Assembly: GCF_009914755.1 (NCBI RefSeq)
Contig: NC_060947.1
DNA: 64,000 bases
Origin: the human T2T-CHM13v2.0 reference genome, Homo sapiens
Strand: one strand, 5' to 3'
This document shows, piece by piece, positions 1 to 15,182 of the stretch (position 1 is the stretch's first letter; the number at the start of each line of letters is the position of its first letter). The translations under genes were made by a program, and so were the position numbers. The notes below the pieces were generated by a model, which had not been told where the DNA came from, made no database searches, and saw nothing but the letters and a program-made list of their open reading frames with translations.

Positions 1-2870
<2,870 letters not shown>

Positions 2871-3379
2871 TGTTGATGTGTCTAATATTGACAGTGTGGG
2901 AGTCTAAGTCTCTTTGTAGGTCTCTAAGGACTTGCTTTATGAATCTGGGTGCTCCTCCATTGGGTGCATATATATTTAGGATAGTTAGCTCTTCTTGTTG
3001 CATTGATCCCTTTACCATTATGTAACACCTTTCTTTGACTTTTTTGATCTTCGTTGGTTTAAAGACTGTTTTATCAGAGACTAGGATTGCAACCCCTGCT
3101 GTTTTTGGCTTTCCATTTGCCTTATTTTGAGCCTTTATTTCCATTCCTTTATTTTGAGCCTATGTATGTCTCTGCATGTGAGATGGGTCTCCTGAATACA
3201 GCACACTGATGGGTCTTGACTCTTTACCCAATTTGCAGTCTGTGTCTTTTAATTGGGGCATTTAGCCCATTTACATTTAAGGTTAATATTTTTATGTGTG
3301 AATTTGATCCTGTCATTATGATGCTAGCTGGTTATTTTGCCCATTAGTTGATGCAGTTTCTTCATAGTGTCAACAGTCT

Positions 3380-4406
3380 TTACAATTTGGTATGTTTTTG
3401 CAGTGGCTAGTACTGATTTTTCCTTTCTATATTTAGTGCTTCCTTCAGGAACTCTTCTAAGGCAGGCCTGGTGGTGACAAAATCTCTCAGCATTTGCTTG
3501 TCTGGAAAGGATTTTATTTCTCCTTTGCTTATGAAGCTTAGTTTGGCTGGATATGAAATTCTGGGTTGAAAATTCTTTTCTTTAAGAATGTTGAATATTG
3601 GCCCCCACTCTCTTCTGGCTTGTAGGGTTTATGCCAAGAGATCCACTGTTAGTCTGATGGGCTTCCCTTTGTGGGTAACCTGACCTTTCTCTCTGGCTGC
3701 CCTTAACATTTTTTTCCTTCATTTCAACCTTGGCAAATCTGACAATTATGTACCTTGGGGTTGCTCTCCTCAAGGAGTATCTTTGTGGTATTCTCTGTAT
3801 TTCCTGAATTTGAATGTTGGCCTGTCTTGCTAGGTTGAGGAAGTTCTCCTGGAGAATATCCTGAAGAGTGTTTCCCAACTTGGTTCCATTCTCCCCATCA
3901 ATTTCAGGTACACCAATCAGATGTAGATTTGGTCTTTTCACATAGTCCCATATTTCTTGGAGGCTTTGTTTTTCCTTTTCATTCTTTTTAATCTTGTCTT
4001 CATCCTTTATTTCATTAAGTTGATCTTCAATCTCTGATATCCTTTCTTCCACTTGATTGGTTCGACTATTGATATTTGTGTATGCTTCACAAAGTTCTCG
4101 TGCTATGTTTTTCAGCTCCATCAGGTCATTTATGTTCTTCTCTAAACTGGTTACTCTAGTTAGCAATTCCTCTAACCTTTTCTCAAGGTTCTTAGCTTCC
4201 TTGCATTGGGTTAGAACATGCTCCTTTAGCTGGGAGGAGTTTGTTATTATGCACCTTCTGAAGCATACTTCTGTCAATTTATCAAACTCATTCTCCATCC
4301 AGTTTTGTTCCCTTGCTGGTGAGGAGTTGTGATCCTTTGGAGGAGAAGAGGCATTCTGGTTTTTGGAATTTTCAGCCTTTTGGCGCTGGCTTTTCCTCAT
4401 CTTCAT
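3380..4406 (-). pseudogene. L1 ORF1p (coiled coil/RRM), frameshifted
   Basis: AENSKNQNASSPPKDHNSSPAREQNWMENEFD...QEIWDYVKRPNL...LARQANIQIQEIQR. Frame shifts in the T-run near 3710. Native stop at 3380-3382. Confidence 0.9.
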
Positions 4407-5730
4407 GGATTTATCTACCTTTGGTCTTTGATGTTGGTGACCTTCGGATGGGGTTTCTGTGTGGACATCCTTTTTGTTGATGTTGATGCTATTCCTTTCT
4501 GTTTGTTAGTTTTCCTTCTAATAGTCAGGCCCCTCTGCTGCAGGTCTGCTGGAGTTTGCTGGAGGTCCACTCCACACCCTGTTTGCCTGGGTATCACCAG
4601 CAGAGGCTGCAGAACAGCAAAGATTGCTGTCTGTTCCTTCCTCTGGAAGCTTCGTCCCAGAAGGGCACCCACCAGATGCCAGCTGGAGCTCTCCTTTATG
4701 AGGTTGACCCCTGCTGGGAGATGTCTCCCAGTCAGGAGGCAAGGGGGTCAGACACCCACTTGAGGAGGCAGCCTGTCTCTTAGCAGAGCTTGAGCGCTGT
4801 GCTGGGAGATCCACTGCTGTCTTCAGAGCTGGCAGGCAGGAACGTTTAAGTCTGCTGAAGCTGCACCCACAGCCGCCCCCTCCCCCAGGTGCTCTGTCCC
4901 AGGGAGATGAGAGTTTTATCTATAAGCCCCTGACTGGGGCTGCTGCCTTTTTTTCAGAGATGCCCTGACCAGAGAGGAGGAGCCTAGAGAGGCAGTCTGG
5001 CTACAGTGGCTTTGCTGATCTGCAGTGGGGTCTGCCCGATTTGAACTTCCTGGTGGCTTTGTTTACACTGTGTGGGGAAAACCGCCTACTCAAGCCTCAG
5101 TAATGGTGGACGCCCCTCCCCCCACCAAGTTTGAGTGTCCCAGGTCAACTTCAGACTGCTGTGCTGGCAGTGAGAATTTCAAGCCAGTGGATCTTAGCTT
5201 GCTGTGGGCTCCATAAGAATGGGATCCACTGAGCTAGACCACTTGGATCCCTGGCTTCAGCCCCCTTTCCAGGGGAGTGAATGGTTCTATCTCCCTGGCG
5301 TTCCAGGTGCCACTGGGGTATGAAAAATAACTCTTGCAGCTAGCTTGGTGTCTGCCCAAATGGCTGCCCAGTTTTGTGCTTAAAACCCAGGGCCCTGGTG
5401 GTATAGGCACCTGAGGGAATCTCCTGGTCTGTGGGTTGCAAAGATTGTAGGAAAAGTGTAGTATCTGGGCCGGAATGCACAGTCCCTCACAGCACAGTCC
5501 CTCACAGCTTCCCTTGGCTAGGGGAGGGAATTCCCCAACCTCTTGCACTTCCCAGCTGAGGCAATGCCCCACTCTGCTTCTGCTCACCTTCCATGGGCTG
5601 CACCCACTGTCTAACCATTCCCAATGAGATGAGCTGGGTACCTCTGTGGGAAATGCAGAAATCACCCGCCTTCTGTGTTGATCTCGCTGGGAGCTGCAGA
5701 CCGGAGCTGTTCCTATTCAGCCATCTTGCC
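4407..5730 (-). promoter_or_regulatory. L1 5'UTR internal promoter with YY1 core
   Basis: GC-richer 5'UTR; AAGATGGC YY1 core at 5720-5727 (-). Many CpGs decayed, so activity is unknown. Confidence 0.7.
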
Positions 5731-5839
5731 CAGCAACAAAACTTCTACTTGGTTAAAGTTAGAATTTTATTCTTAAATTTATTAAACATTAATATTAATG
5801 CTTATTATTAATCACAGTTCTTTTTCCTGAATAGCAATG

Positions 5840-6010
5840 ATATCAGCAGCTAATGCTTATTGACTTCTTACATTGTGCTAAGCCCTTTGCTTATTTATCT
5901 CATGTAAGCTACTCAAAAATCCCATATTGGAGATGTTATTACTATCCATTTTACTGAAATGGAGATAGCTGCTTAACAGGGTTTAGGAACTCACATAGTA
6001 AGTGCGAGAA
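5840..6010 (-). mobile_element. MIR SINE
   Basis: Degenerate reverse MIR core (gctaatgcttattga...ccattttactgaaatgga...cacatagtaagtg). Confidence 0.65.
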
Positions 6011-7189
6011 ATGGTAAAAGGTACACCTTGCTGATGTACACTGAATTCTGTCACATTGCTGGTGAATACCACTCAATAGAAAATATGAAAACAACCACAA
6101 CATATCTTCTTCATGATCTAGCGCAATTCCAGCATCTGGAGAGTGAAAAGTGTGAGAAAAATGAATTTAGATTCCAGCTATTCCAAATGAGAAGTTGATT
6201 GTTGAAGAAACAAACACTGAAATGTTTGATCTTTCATCAGGGGTGTCAATATATTACAAATATTTTAATGTTACTCTAAGGAACAAAAGGGAAAACAGAA
6301 ATAATCCCTTCACCCTATGATGTGCTAAAAATTGAGAAATGGAAGCTCTCGTTTATTTGGTCAGGTTACTTCCTGAAGGTGATTTTGTAAGGGAAATGTT
6401 TGTGATTGGGAAAAGGAAATTCTTATTTTCTTTTGTGGCATTTATTCACACATGGAATAAGTGAATTGAATTTTACAGTTTATAATCTTGTTCACTTATA
6501 AACAGCCAATAAGTGGGAGGTATTTGAAAATACAATTAAATGAAAACATCATCTCAAGAACTAATATTATGTGTCTTTAATCTACTGAACTTTCAATTCT
6601 TTACTTTAAATTTATTTTCATTTTTGTCCAAGTTATGCATTCACATATTTTAAAGAGTCAAGTACTTTCACAAGGTTTCAATAAAAAACAAAAGTTACCT
6701 GCTTCATCCACTCAAATGTTTCCCTTCCCAGAGGCACCATGATAGACATACACTGCAATTTCTGAATTTTTTGTTCTAGTCATTGTCTATCACTCCTGGT
6801 ATGAAAGATGAAGATTTTGCTTTTGCAAAATCTCACCCCACTCGTACTCCTACATATATTTCTCATCTTCATCCTCCCACTGTATTTATCATGTGATTTT
6901 GCTTAGACCATCATTTGGTTTTTACATCATACTGACTCTGTAAATCCTATTTATAACTAAGTTGCCTTATATACTATGACTATTTTTTTTTGCAGCATTC
7001 TGTTTTTCTTAAAGTTAGCAATGATGTGGTGTTTGATTGCTTAGCTTTGTGTGTACTTACTACTAATACATTTCCCAATTATCCTCAAGTTGTATGTATC
7101 TCTCAGGACATTAGGACAATTTTATATCTCTGGATAAATCCTTCCAGAGTCTGAGCTGCTTCAGTCTGGATTGTTTGCCATCTACACCT

Positions 7190-7820
7190 GCATTAATTAT
7201 TTACTGCCACAAACTTGGTGGGTTAAAATAGCACACATTTATTATTTCAGACTTTCCATGGATTAGGAGTCCAGGCACAGCATAGCTGATTTCCCTGTTT
7301 GGGATCTCACTGGATTGAAATCAAGGTATTTGTTAGGGCTGAATTCTCATCTGAGGCTCAGGATCCTCTTCCAAGCTCATGTCACTCTTGGCAGGATTCA
7401 GTTCCTTGTAGATATGGGACTGAGGCCGTTGGCTTCTATAGACCACCCACCATTCCCTGACATGTGGTCCTCGCCACATAAATGGCTGTCTGCTTCTTTA
7501 AGGTGAGCAGGGGAGAATCTCTGATGTTTCAAATCTCTTTGACTCCTTCCCTCTATGATTTCTAGACTATTTTTAAAAGGCTCATCTAGTTAGGTAAGAC
7601 TTCATCCCGGACAATCTCCCTATTGATTAGCTTAAAGTCAACTGATTAGGGACTTTAATAACATCTGAAAACCTCTTCATTTTCACCATATAACATAATC
7701 ACAGGAGTAATATCCCATCGTATTCACAGATCCTGCACACACTCATGTGAGGGGATTCTACAGGGCACATATATCAAGGGGTGAAAATCTTGCGGGTCAT
7801 CGTAGAATTCTGCTTACCAT
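7190..7820 (-). mobile_element. MaLR solo LTR (MLT1E-like)
   Basis: cacaaacttggtgggttaaaa...gaggctcaggatcctcttccaagctca...gcaggattcagttccttgta...gaattctgcttacca terminus. Confidence 0.75.
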
Positions 7821-8397
7821 TATACCTAATAACTGGAAGCCACCCAGAACTCTCCATTCATTATCATCACAGAGATTCCCTCAGCCTTTCTCTTGAATTG
7901 AATTCTCTGTTTCCTGGACTTTGTGTCTTTTTTTTTTCTCTTGGTTTATTCCATAAATTTCTAGAAGCACATCTTCAAACAGCTTCCTGAAAAGGGGCTA
8001 CATGAGTTTTGTTTTTTAGACACTGAAAATGGAGTTCTTGAAGTTATTTTTCCTCAGAATTTTTAGTGTGTTGTTGCTTCATTGCCTTCTAGCTTCCACT
8101 ATTGTTATTGATAAGTTTGATGTCTTCTTATACTTGATACTTTGTATGAAACCTGTTTTTTTTTCTCCCTGAGACTTTATATTGTCCATTATCTGTCCCC
8201 AGCTTTGTGAAATTCCTCGATAATGTGCCTTGGATTTGGTCTACTTTATCCATTGTTCTGGGTGCTCAGTGACATCCCTTTCTATCAGGACATTCATGTT
8301 CCTCATAGATTCTGGAAATTTTATTTTGAATTATTTTATTAGTGATTTCCTTTTATCTATTTTCACTATCCTCTATTCATAGAACTTCAATTATTCT

Positions 8398-8686
8398 TTT
8401 TTTTTTGACGGAGTCTCGCTGTGTCGCCCAGGCTGGAGTGCAGTGGCGCTATCGTGGCTCATTGCAACTTCTGCCTTCTGGGTTCATGCCATTCTCCTGC
8501 CTCAGCCTCCTGAGTAGCTGGGACTACAGGTGCCCACCACCATGCCCGGCTAATTTTTTTGTATTTTTGTTAGAGACGGGGTTTCACCATGTTAGCCAGG
8601 ATGGTCTCCATCTCCTGACCTCGTGATCCACCCGCCTCAGCCTCCCAAAGTGCTGGGATTACAGGCGTGAGCCACCGTGCCCGGCC
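8398..8686 (-). mobile_element. Alu (AluY/AluSc8-like) with 17-bp TSD
   Basis: Full dimer. TSD AGAACTTCAATTATTCT at 8381-8397 and 8687-8703. Confidence 0.95.
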
Positions 8687-8802
8687 AGAACTTCAATTAT
8701 TCTAGAACATTCTAGATAAGTCTCTATTTTAAAAAATATTATCTATTTTCTTCTCTTTCTTCTAGTCTTTCTGGGAGATTCTCTTGATTTTATCTTCCAA
8801 TA

Positions 8803-9109
8803 TATATTTTTTGATTTTTTATGTTGTTTGAGATGGAGTCTTGCTCTGTTGTCCAGGCTGGAGTGCAGTGGCACCATCTCGGCTCACTGCGACCTCTGCC
8901 TCCTGGGTTAAAGTGACTATCGTGCCTCCGCCTCCCAAGTAGTTGGGATTACAGGCACCTGCCACACGCCCAGCTAATTTTTATATTTTTAGTAGAGATG
9001 GGATTTCACCATGTTGGCCAGGCTGGTCTCGAACTCCTGACCTCAGTGATCTACCTGCCTCAGCCTCCCAAAGTGCTGGGATTACAGGTGTGGGCCACTG
9101 TGCCCAGGG
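8803..9109 (-). mobile_element. Alu (AluS) with 12-bp TSD
   Basis: Full dimer. TSD TATCTTCCAATA at 8791-8802 and 9110-9121. Confidence 0.95.
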
Positions 9110-10179
9110 TATCTTCCAATAGTTTATGCGATCATATTGTCTATTTCTAAGGTTTCATGTTCACTGGATATTTGTTTTATAGTATCTACTTCTTCATTGA
9201 TTCATATTCTCTAGGGATATTAATACTAGTTATTATTAAGTTTTTCTTTCTATTTGTATTGGCATTTAAAGTGAGGTGGGGTTTTTTTCATAAACGTCTG
9301 GCAGTCCTTGGCTGTCTGCTCATATTTAAGAGTGAGGCAGGCGCTAAAAAGAAGGCTGGGAGCTCATGGCAGGGGGAGTGCTTCTCAATGGTGCTCTTCT
9401 CTCTAGGATAATATTTGGAAAACTTTTGATTTGAGTGTCTTGTGCTTATTTCTCTTGGAAGATAGGTTCTCAAAGAAGATGCCTTTGACCCCCTCCATAG
9501 AAGGGGGAGAATGTTTTAGAATAGTTGAAATTCTATGAATAGAGGATAGAGAAAATAGAAGGAAATCAGTAGTAAAAGATTTCAATATAAAATTTCTAGA
9601 ATTTAAGAAGAACATATATATCTGGCTGCCAACATTACTGAGCTATATGAGGGAAGATGGCTAGAGATCTTAGGTCCTATACATAAGGTTTATCTTAGTC
9701 CCCATGTTTTCTGTTTGGTATCTCTGTTTTAGTTGTACCTGGTATTGCCTAATTCAAAGATCATCTGTTTATCATCCTTAGAGAATAAACTTCAAGTCTC
9801 CTGCCAGAATGGGGGATGGATATTTGTTCAGATGTATAAATTTGGATTGGAGATATGAGGGACTAAATTTTTAAACAGTCTTTCAACTGATTATTCCACC
9901 TGCCAAATCCTGCTTCTTTGTAGGAGTCTGCAATGTACATTAGGTTATTTCTCCCCTTTTCCAACTTCCAGATTAGGATTCAGCTTTCTCATGTCTGTTA
10001 AATCATTTAACCCCTACCATCTGTCCACCAACTTCCAAAATCGTGTCACTGATGTCTCCTATCTCATACTTTGTTCTCATGTATTTATATCTTCTGTAAA
10101 CATTCCTTTATTCTCATTTAGTGGGATTCTGGGAGGGAGAAGAGCTAAGTGTATGTTCAATCTACCATTTTTAACTATT

Positions 10180-10530
10180 CATATGCAAGACAATACTCAC
10201 CAAAGCCCCAATGAGTTTTTTGAAAGGAACATCACCAGATGATTTGAAAGCCTGCCTGAAGGAATACACTTGTGAGAAAGCCAAGAAATTTCTGGGAGAA
10301 TATATAATGGGATTTCCCCCTACAAGATATCAAAATGTATTTTAAATATATAGTCACTAAAATGGAATCATATTGGTGATTACAGACAGATTAATGGAAC
10401 AAAAACACAGCAGACCAAAGACATTCTTATATGATCACACAATATTTCAAATTAGTAAGAAAAGAATTAACCAGGTAACTAATCAGCTGATAAATGATAT
10501 TAGAACAAATGACTAACAATTTTTCAATAT
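10180..10530 (+). mobile_element. Old L1M ORF2 fragment
   Basis: Degenerate ...agatatcaaaatgtattttaaa...cagacagattaatggaac... typical of the ORF2 3' half. Confidence 0.5.
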
Positions 10531-11079
10531 ATACATATAACATCAGAACAAAGTTTGGGGATCTGGTCTCCTTCCTAGGGTCTAACAAGAGTCCCAGGGG
10601 ATGACAAAAACTCCAAGAGTGTCTTTCAGTGTGTGGTTGTAACTATGCCATTTTTCTTTGCTCTGGCTCTTGTGGTCCTCCTGAAGGCAGCTGGCTTTTC
10701 TGATTCAATCCCTCCACTACACACACATGTACATGCATATACACATGTGCATGTACACCTCCTCCTCCCCCAGCAGATCATGACAGCCTTAACTGCAGTT
10801 TCCAAGCTCACTGAGCTTAGTATTTGGTTGCCAGCCTTATCAGAGGTCCCGCCTCTTCCCCAAAGCCAGATTGAGAGCAGGGCAACATTTCCACTGCTCT
10901 CACAACTCCCTACCCTTATCTACTGGGATTAGAAATCCTATTCCTGGTGGACTAGACTGCCACCTCACTGCTTGAACCCTCTGAGCCTTGATATTATTCA
11001 CCCTGTCTGGAAACAAGGGCCTCATATCTGTCCTTGAAGCAAAAAACTATCCACACCTCCAGAAGAGGAAGCCCTGGTG

Positions 11080-11591
11080 TTACAGTTATCTCATCCTGAT
11101 TAACAAATCACGCCCAAACTTTCCACCTTAAGCAATGACATTTTTTTTTTTTTGCTCAAGAATTTGCAATTTGGGGCTGCTCAAAGGCCGAGGACTAGGA
11201 TATAAAATCATCTAGAGGCTAGTTCACTAACATTTCTGGTGGCTAACGCTGGTTGCCAGCTGGGGGTCTCAGCTAGTGCTGTTAGTCAGAGCACACATGG
11301 TCTCCTCATGCAGTTGAGGCTTACTTATAGCATGGAGCCTGGGTCTCAAGGGTGAGCATGCCAAAGAGGGAGAGCCAGGTAGAGCCATATTGCTTTATAG
11401 GACCTAGCTTTGGAAGTCATGCAGCATCACTTCCACTCTAATCTATTTGTTGACCAGTCTCAAAGTTCCACTCAGGTTCAAGGGAGAACAAATAGATTCC
11501 ACCTCTTGATGGGAGGGTGGCATGGTTCTGGAGGAACATGTAGGACTGGATAGATTGCTGCAGCCATTTTTAGAAAATATCATCTGCCACA
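11080..11591 (-). mobile_element. MaLR solo LTR (MLT1G/H-like)
   Basis: ggaagtcatgcagcatcacttccac...gattccacctcttgatggga...gcagccatttttagaaaatatcatctgccaca terminus. Confidence 0.75.
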
Positions 11592-11625
11592 CCTGGCTCA
11601 CTATATTAAAAAGAAGAGGAAGAAA

Positions 11626-14600
11626 CTGAACAAAATTGAGAAAAAAAATCTATAGAAAGAATCAACGAAACCAAAAGTTTGTTTTTTGAAAGGATAAACA
11701 AGATTGATAGACTACTAGCTAGATGATTAACAAAGAAGAAAAGAAAATCCAAATAAGCACATCAGAAATGACAAAGGTAACATTATAACTGACCCCACAG
11801 AAATACAAAAGATCCTCAGAGACTATTATGAAGACTTCTATGCACACAAACTAGAAAAGCTAGAGGAAACTGATAAATTCCTGGAAAAACACAACCTCCC
11901 AAATTTGAATCAGGAAGAAAGTGAAACCCTAAATATATCTATATCAAGTTCCAAAATTGAATCAATCATAAAAAAGCATATTAACCAAAAAAAGCCCCAG
12001 ACCAGATGGATTCAAAGCTGAATTCTATCAGATGTACAAAGAAGAGCTGGTACTAATTCTACTGAAACTATTCCAAAAATAGTTACCGATCACTAACTCA
12101 TTCTACAAAGCCAGCATCACACTGATACCGAAACCTGGCAAGGACACAACAAAAAAAGAAAACAAACGGCCAATATCCCTGATGAACATAGGTGCAAAAA
12201 TCCTCAACAAAATACTAGCAAACTGAATCCAACAGTGCATGAAAAAATTAATTCACCATGATCAAGTAGGCAAAATCCCTGGGATGCAAGGTTGGTTCAA
12301 CATATGCAAATTAACAAATGTGAGTCACCACATAACAGATTTAAAAACAAAACCCATATGATCATCTCAATAAATGTGGTAAAAGCTTTTTATAAAATCC
12401 AACACACCTTCATGATAAAAATCTTCAAGAAACTAGGCATAGAAGCAACATAACTCAAAATAATAAGAGCTATCTATGACAAGTGCACAGCTAACATCAT
12501 ACTGAATGGGCAGAAATGGAAATATTCCCCTTGAGAACTGGAGCAAGATGAGAATGCCCATTCCCACCACATCTATTCAACATAATACTGAAAATGCTAT
12601 GCAGAGCAATTAGGCAAGAGAAAGAAATAAAAGGCATCTAAACAGGAAAAGAAGCAAGCTATCTCTCTTCACAGATGATATGATTCGATACCTAGAAAAC
12701 TCGAATGACTCTGTCAAAAGGCTCCTGGAACTGATAAACAACTTCAGTAAAGCTTCAAGATATAAAATTAATGTACAAAAATCAGTAACATTTCTATATA
12801 CCAATAATGTTCAAGCTAAAAGCCAGATCAAGAATGCAATCTTACTTACAATAGCCACACAAAAATAAAATACCTAGGAATACATCTAACCAAGGAAGTG
12901 AAAGATCTCTACAAGGAGAACTACAAAACACTGCTAAAAGAAATCACAGATGACAGAAACAAATGGAAAAACATTTCACACTCATGGATTGGAAGAATCA
13001 ATATCACTTAAATGGCCATACTGCCCAAAGCATACTGTAGATTCAACACTATTCCTATGAAGCTAGCAATGTCATTTTTCACAGAACTAGAAAAAAACTA
13101 TTCTAAAATTCATATGGAACCACAAAAAGCCTGAACAGCCAAAGCAATCCTAAGCAAAATGACCAGCATCAGATTACGCGACTTCAAACTGTACTATAAG
13201 GCTACAGTAACCCAAACAGCATAGTACTCTACAAAAATGGACACAGACCAATGGAACAGAATAGTGAATCCAGTTATAACACACCTAGAGCCATCCAATC
13301 TTTGACAAAGTCAAGAAAAATAAGGAATGGGAAAAGGACTCCCTACTTAATAAATAGTGCTGGGATAGCTGGCTAGCCACGTGCAGATGAATGAAACTGG
13401 ATCTGTACTTTTCACTATATACAAAAACTAACTCAAGACGGGTTAAAGATTTAAATATAAGACCTCAAACTATAAGAATCCTAGAAGAAAACCTAGGAAA
13501 CACCATTCTGGACATGGGCGTTGGGAAAGAATTTATGACTAGGTCCTCAAAAACAATTACAACAAAAACAAGAATTGACAAGTGGGACCTAATTAAACTA
13601 AAGAGCTTCAGCACATGAAGATAAACTACCAACAGAGTAAACAGACAACCTACAGAATGGGAGAAAATATTTGCAAAGTATGCATCTGACAAAAGTCTAA
13701 TATCCAGAATCTATAAGGAACTTAAGCAATTGAACATGCAAAAAACAAATAACCCATCAAAAATGGGTGCAACACATGAACAAACACTTATAAGACATAC
13801 CAGCTGCCAACATACATATAAAGAAAGGCTGCATATCACTGATCATTAGAGAAATGCAAGTCAAAACCACAATGAGATACCATCTCACACAAGTCACAAT
13901 GGCTATTACTAAAAAGTCAAAAAAACAACCAATGCTGGCAAGGCTGCAGAGAAAAGGGAACACTTATAGACTGTTGATGGGAATGTAAGTTAGTTCAGCC
14001 ACTGTGGAAAGCAGTTTGGAGATTTCTCAAATAACTTATGACAGAACTGCCTTTCAACCCAGGAATCCCATTATTGGACATATATCCAAAAGAAGACAAA
14101 TTGTTCTACCAAAAAGACACTTGCACTCGCATGTTTATCACAGTACTATTCACAACATCAAAGATATGGAATCAATCTAGGTGTCCATTAATGGTGGACT
14201 GGATAAAGAGAATGTGGTACATATTGTGGGAAAGAGTTTCTGGGGTGCCAGTTGAGTTGGTCTCTCCTGTGTGAGACACCCATGGGAAGCCATGGGTGGC
14301 CTCTGAGGAGAAAAGTCTCCTTACTGCCTTCATGTCTTTATGCCCCAAGAGCATAACCGCTCAGTGGCATTCCACAGGTTGCTCGGGGAGATAACACTCC
14401 CTTGAAGCAGTGGAGTACAATCAAACATCTTGGCTCCTCCTGAAACCCGCTCCCACCCATTTCAGTCCCCATAAGTTAAAGATCTTAAGTAGTTTAGACA
14501 CACGCCTTTGCTCAAGGAAATTCAAAGAAACCGCCACTGCTATACATCTTATTGAATGACTCACGAGTTCTCCTTCACTGATTAATCCTTTTCCTCATCC

Positions 14601-15182
14601 CTTCCTCCCCCTCCCATCTGCCCTAAGAACAAAGAGCTTGTAAACCAATAAATTGGGCGGAGCCCGAGAGCTCTGGGCCATGAGCAAGCCTCCGAGGGTC
14701 CGGTCCCCTGGACCTGCCTTTTAAACGCTTATTCTGTCTCTTTCTAACTCCTTTGTCTCCGCAGGACTCGGGGTACCCCCTGGGTGGTGTGGGGCTGGTT
14801 CCCCAACACATATATGTCACAGAATACTATACAGCCATAAAAAGAACAAAATTATCTCCTTTGCAGCAACGTGGATGAAGCTGAGGCCATTATCTTAAGC
14901 GAATTAATGCAGGAACAGAAAACCATATACTGCATGTTCTCACTTATCAGTGGGAGCTAAACATTGGGTACTCATGAACATAAAGATGGTAACAATAGAA
15001 ACTGGGGACTACTAGGTGGGGAGGAAGGGAGGGATCAAGGGTTGAAAAACTAACTATTGGGTACTGTGCTCACTACCTGGGTGACGGGATCATTTGTACT
15101 CCAACCCTCAGCATTATGCAGTATACCCAGGTAACAAAACTGTACATGTACCCCATGAAACTAAAATAAAAGCTGGAAAAAC
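11626..15182 (+). mobile_element. 5'-truncated L1 (L1PA15/16-like) ORF2 + 3'UTR with 14-bp TSD, interrupted by an LTR
   Basis: ORF2 peptides (MIRYLENSNDSVKRLLELINNFSK..., [12 protein letters not shown]...). 3'UTR ends CTAAAATAAAAG. TSD AGAAGAGGAAGAAA at 11612-11625 and 15183-15196. Confidence 0.92.
14225..14808 (+). mobile_element. HERV-K-class solo LTR (LTR14B/C-like), 584 bp
   Basis: TG...CA termini (TGTGGGAAAGAG...TTCCCCAACA). CATAT duplicated at 14220-14224 and 14809-14813. AATAAA at 14648. The L1 resumes in register after it. Confidence 0.85.

Larger units (their letters stand above)
2871..5730 (-). mobile_element. LINE-1, older copy (L1PA7-like): 5'UTR, ORF1 and first ~445 nt of ORF2
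   Basis: 5' terminus GGCAAGATGGCTGAATAGGAACAGCTCCGGTCTGCAGCTCCCAGC on -. ORF1 peptide at 3582-4406, ORF2 ATG at 3314-3316. Spacer sequence differs from the copy at 1-2870. Confidence 0.92.
6600..10170 (-). mobile_element. Ancient L1-related element (HAL1/L1ME-like), fragmented by an MLT1 and two Alus
   Basis: T-rich ORF1-like antisense sequence at 7900-8400 and the motif ccttggctgtctgctcatatttaagagtgaggca near 9306. Boundaries approximate. Confidence 0.55.

Noticed and set aside
5478-5507. CACAGTCCCTCACAG direct repeat
   Set aside because: A similar repeat is, as I recall, intrinsic to this L1 5'UTR.
4329-5811. ORFs in the L1 5'UTR (144 and 143 aa, etc.), possible ORF0
   Set aside because: GC-rich UTR frames. 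I cannot recognise the ORF0 peptide in this older-type 5'UTR.
8398-9109. Adjacent Alu pair as a dsRNA/editing substrate
   Set aside because: Both are in the same orientation, so they do not form an inverted pair.
10633-10932. 99-aa ORF with a signal-peptide-like N-terminus
   Set aside because: Non-ATG start, runs through a CA/TG low-complexity tract (HTHVHAYTHVHVH), and has no recognisable homology.
12080-12098. AGTTA...TAACT micro-hairpin replacing L1 consensus sequence
   Set aside because: Only a 5-bp stem; cannot be distinguished from chance.
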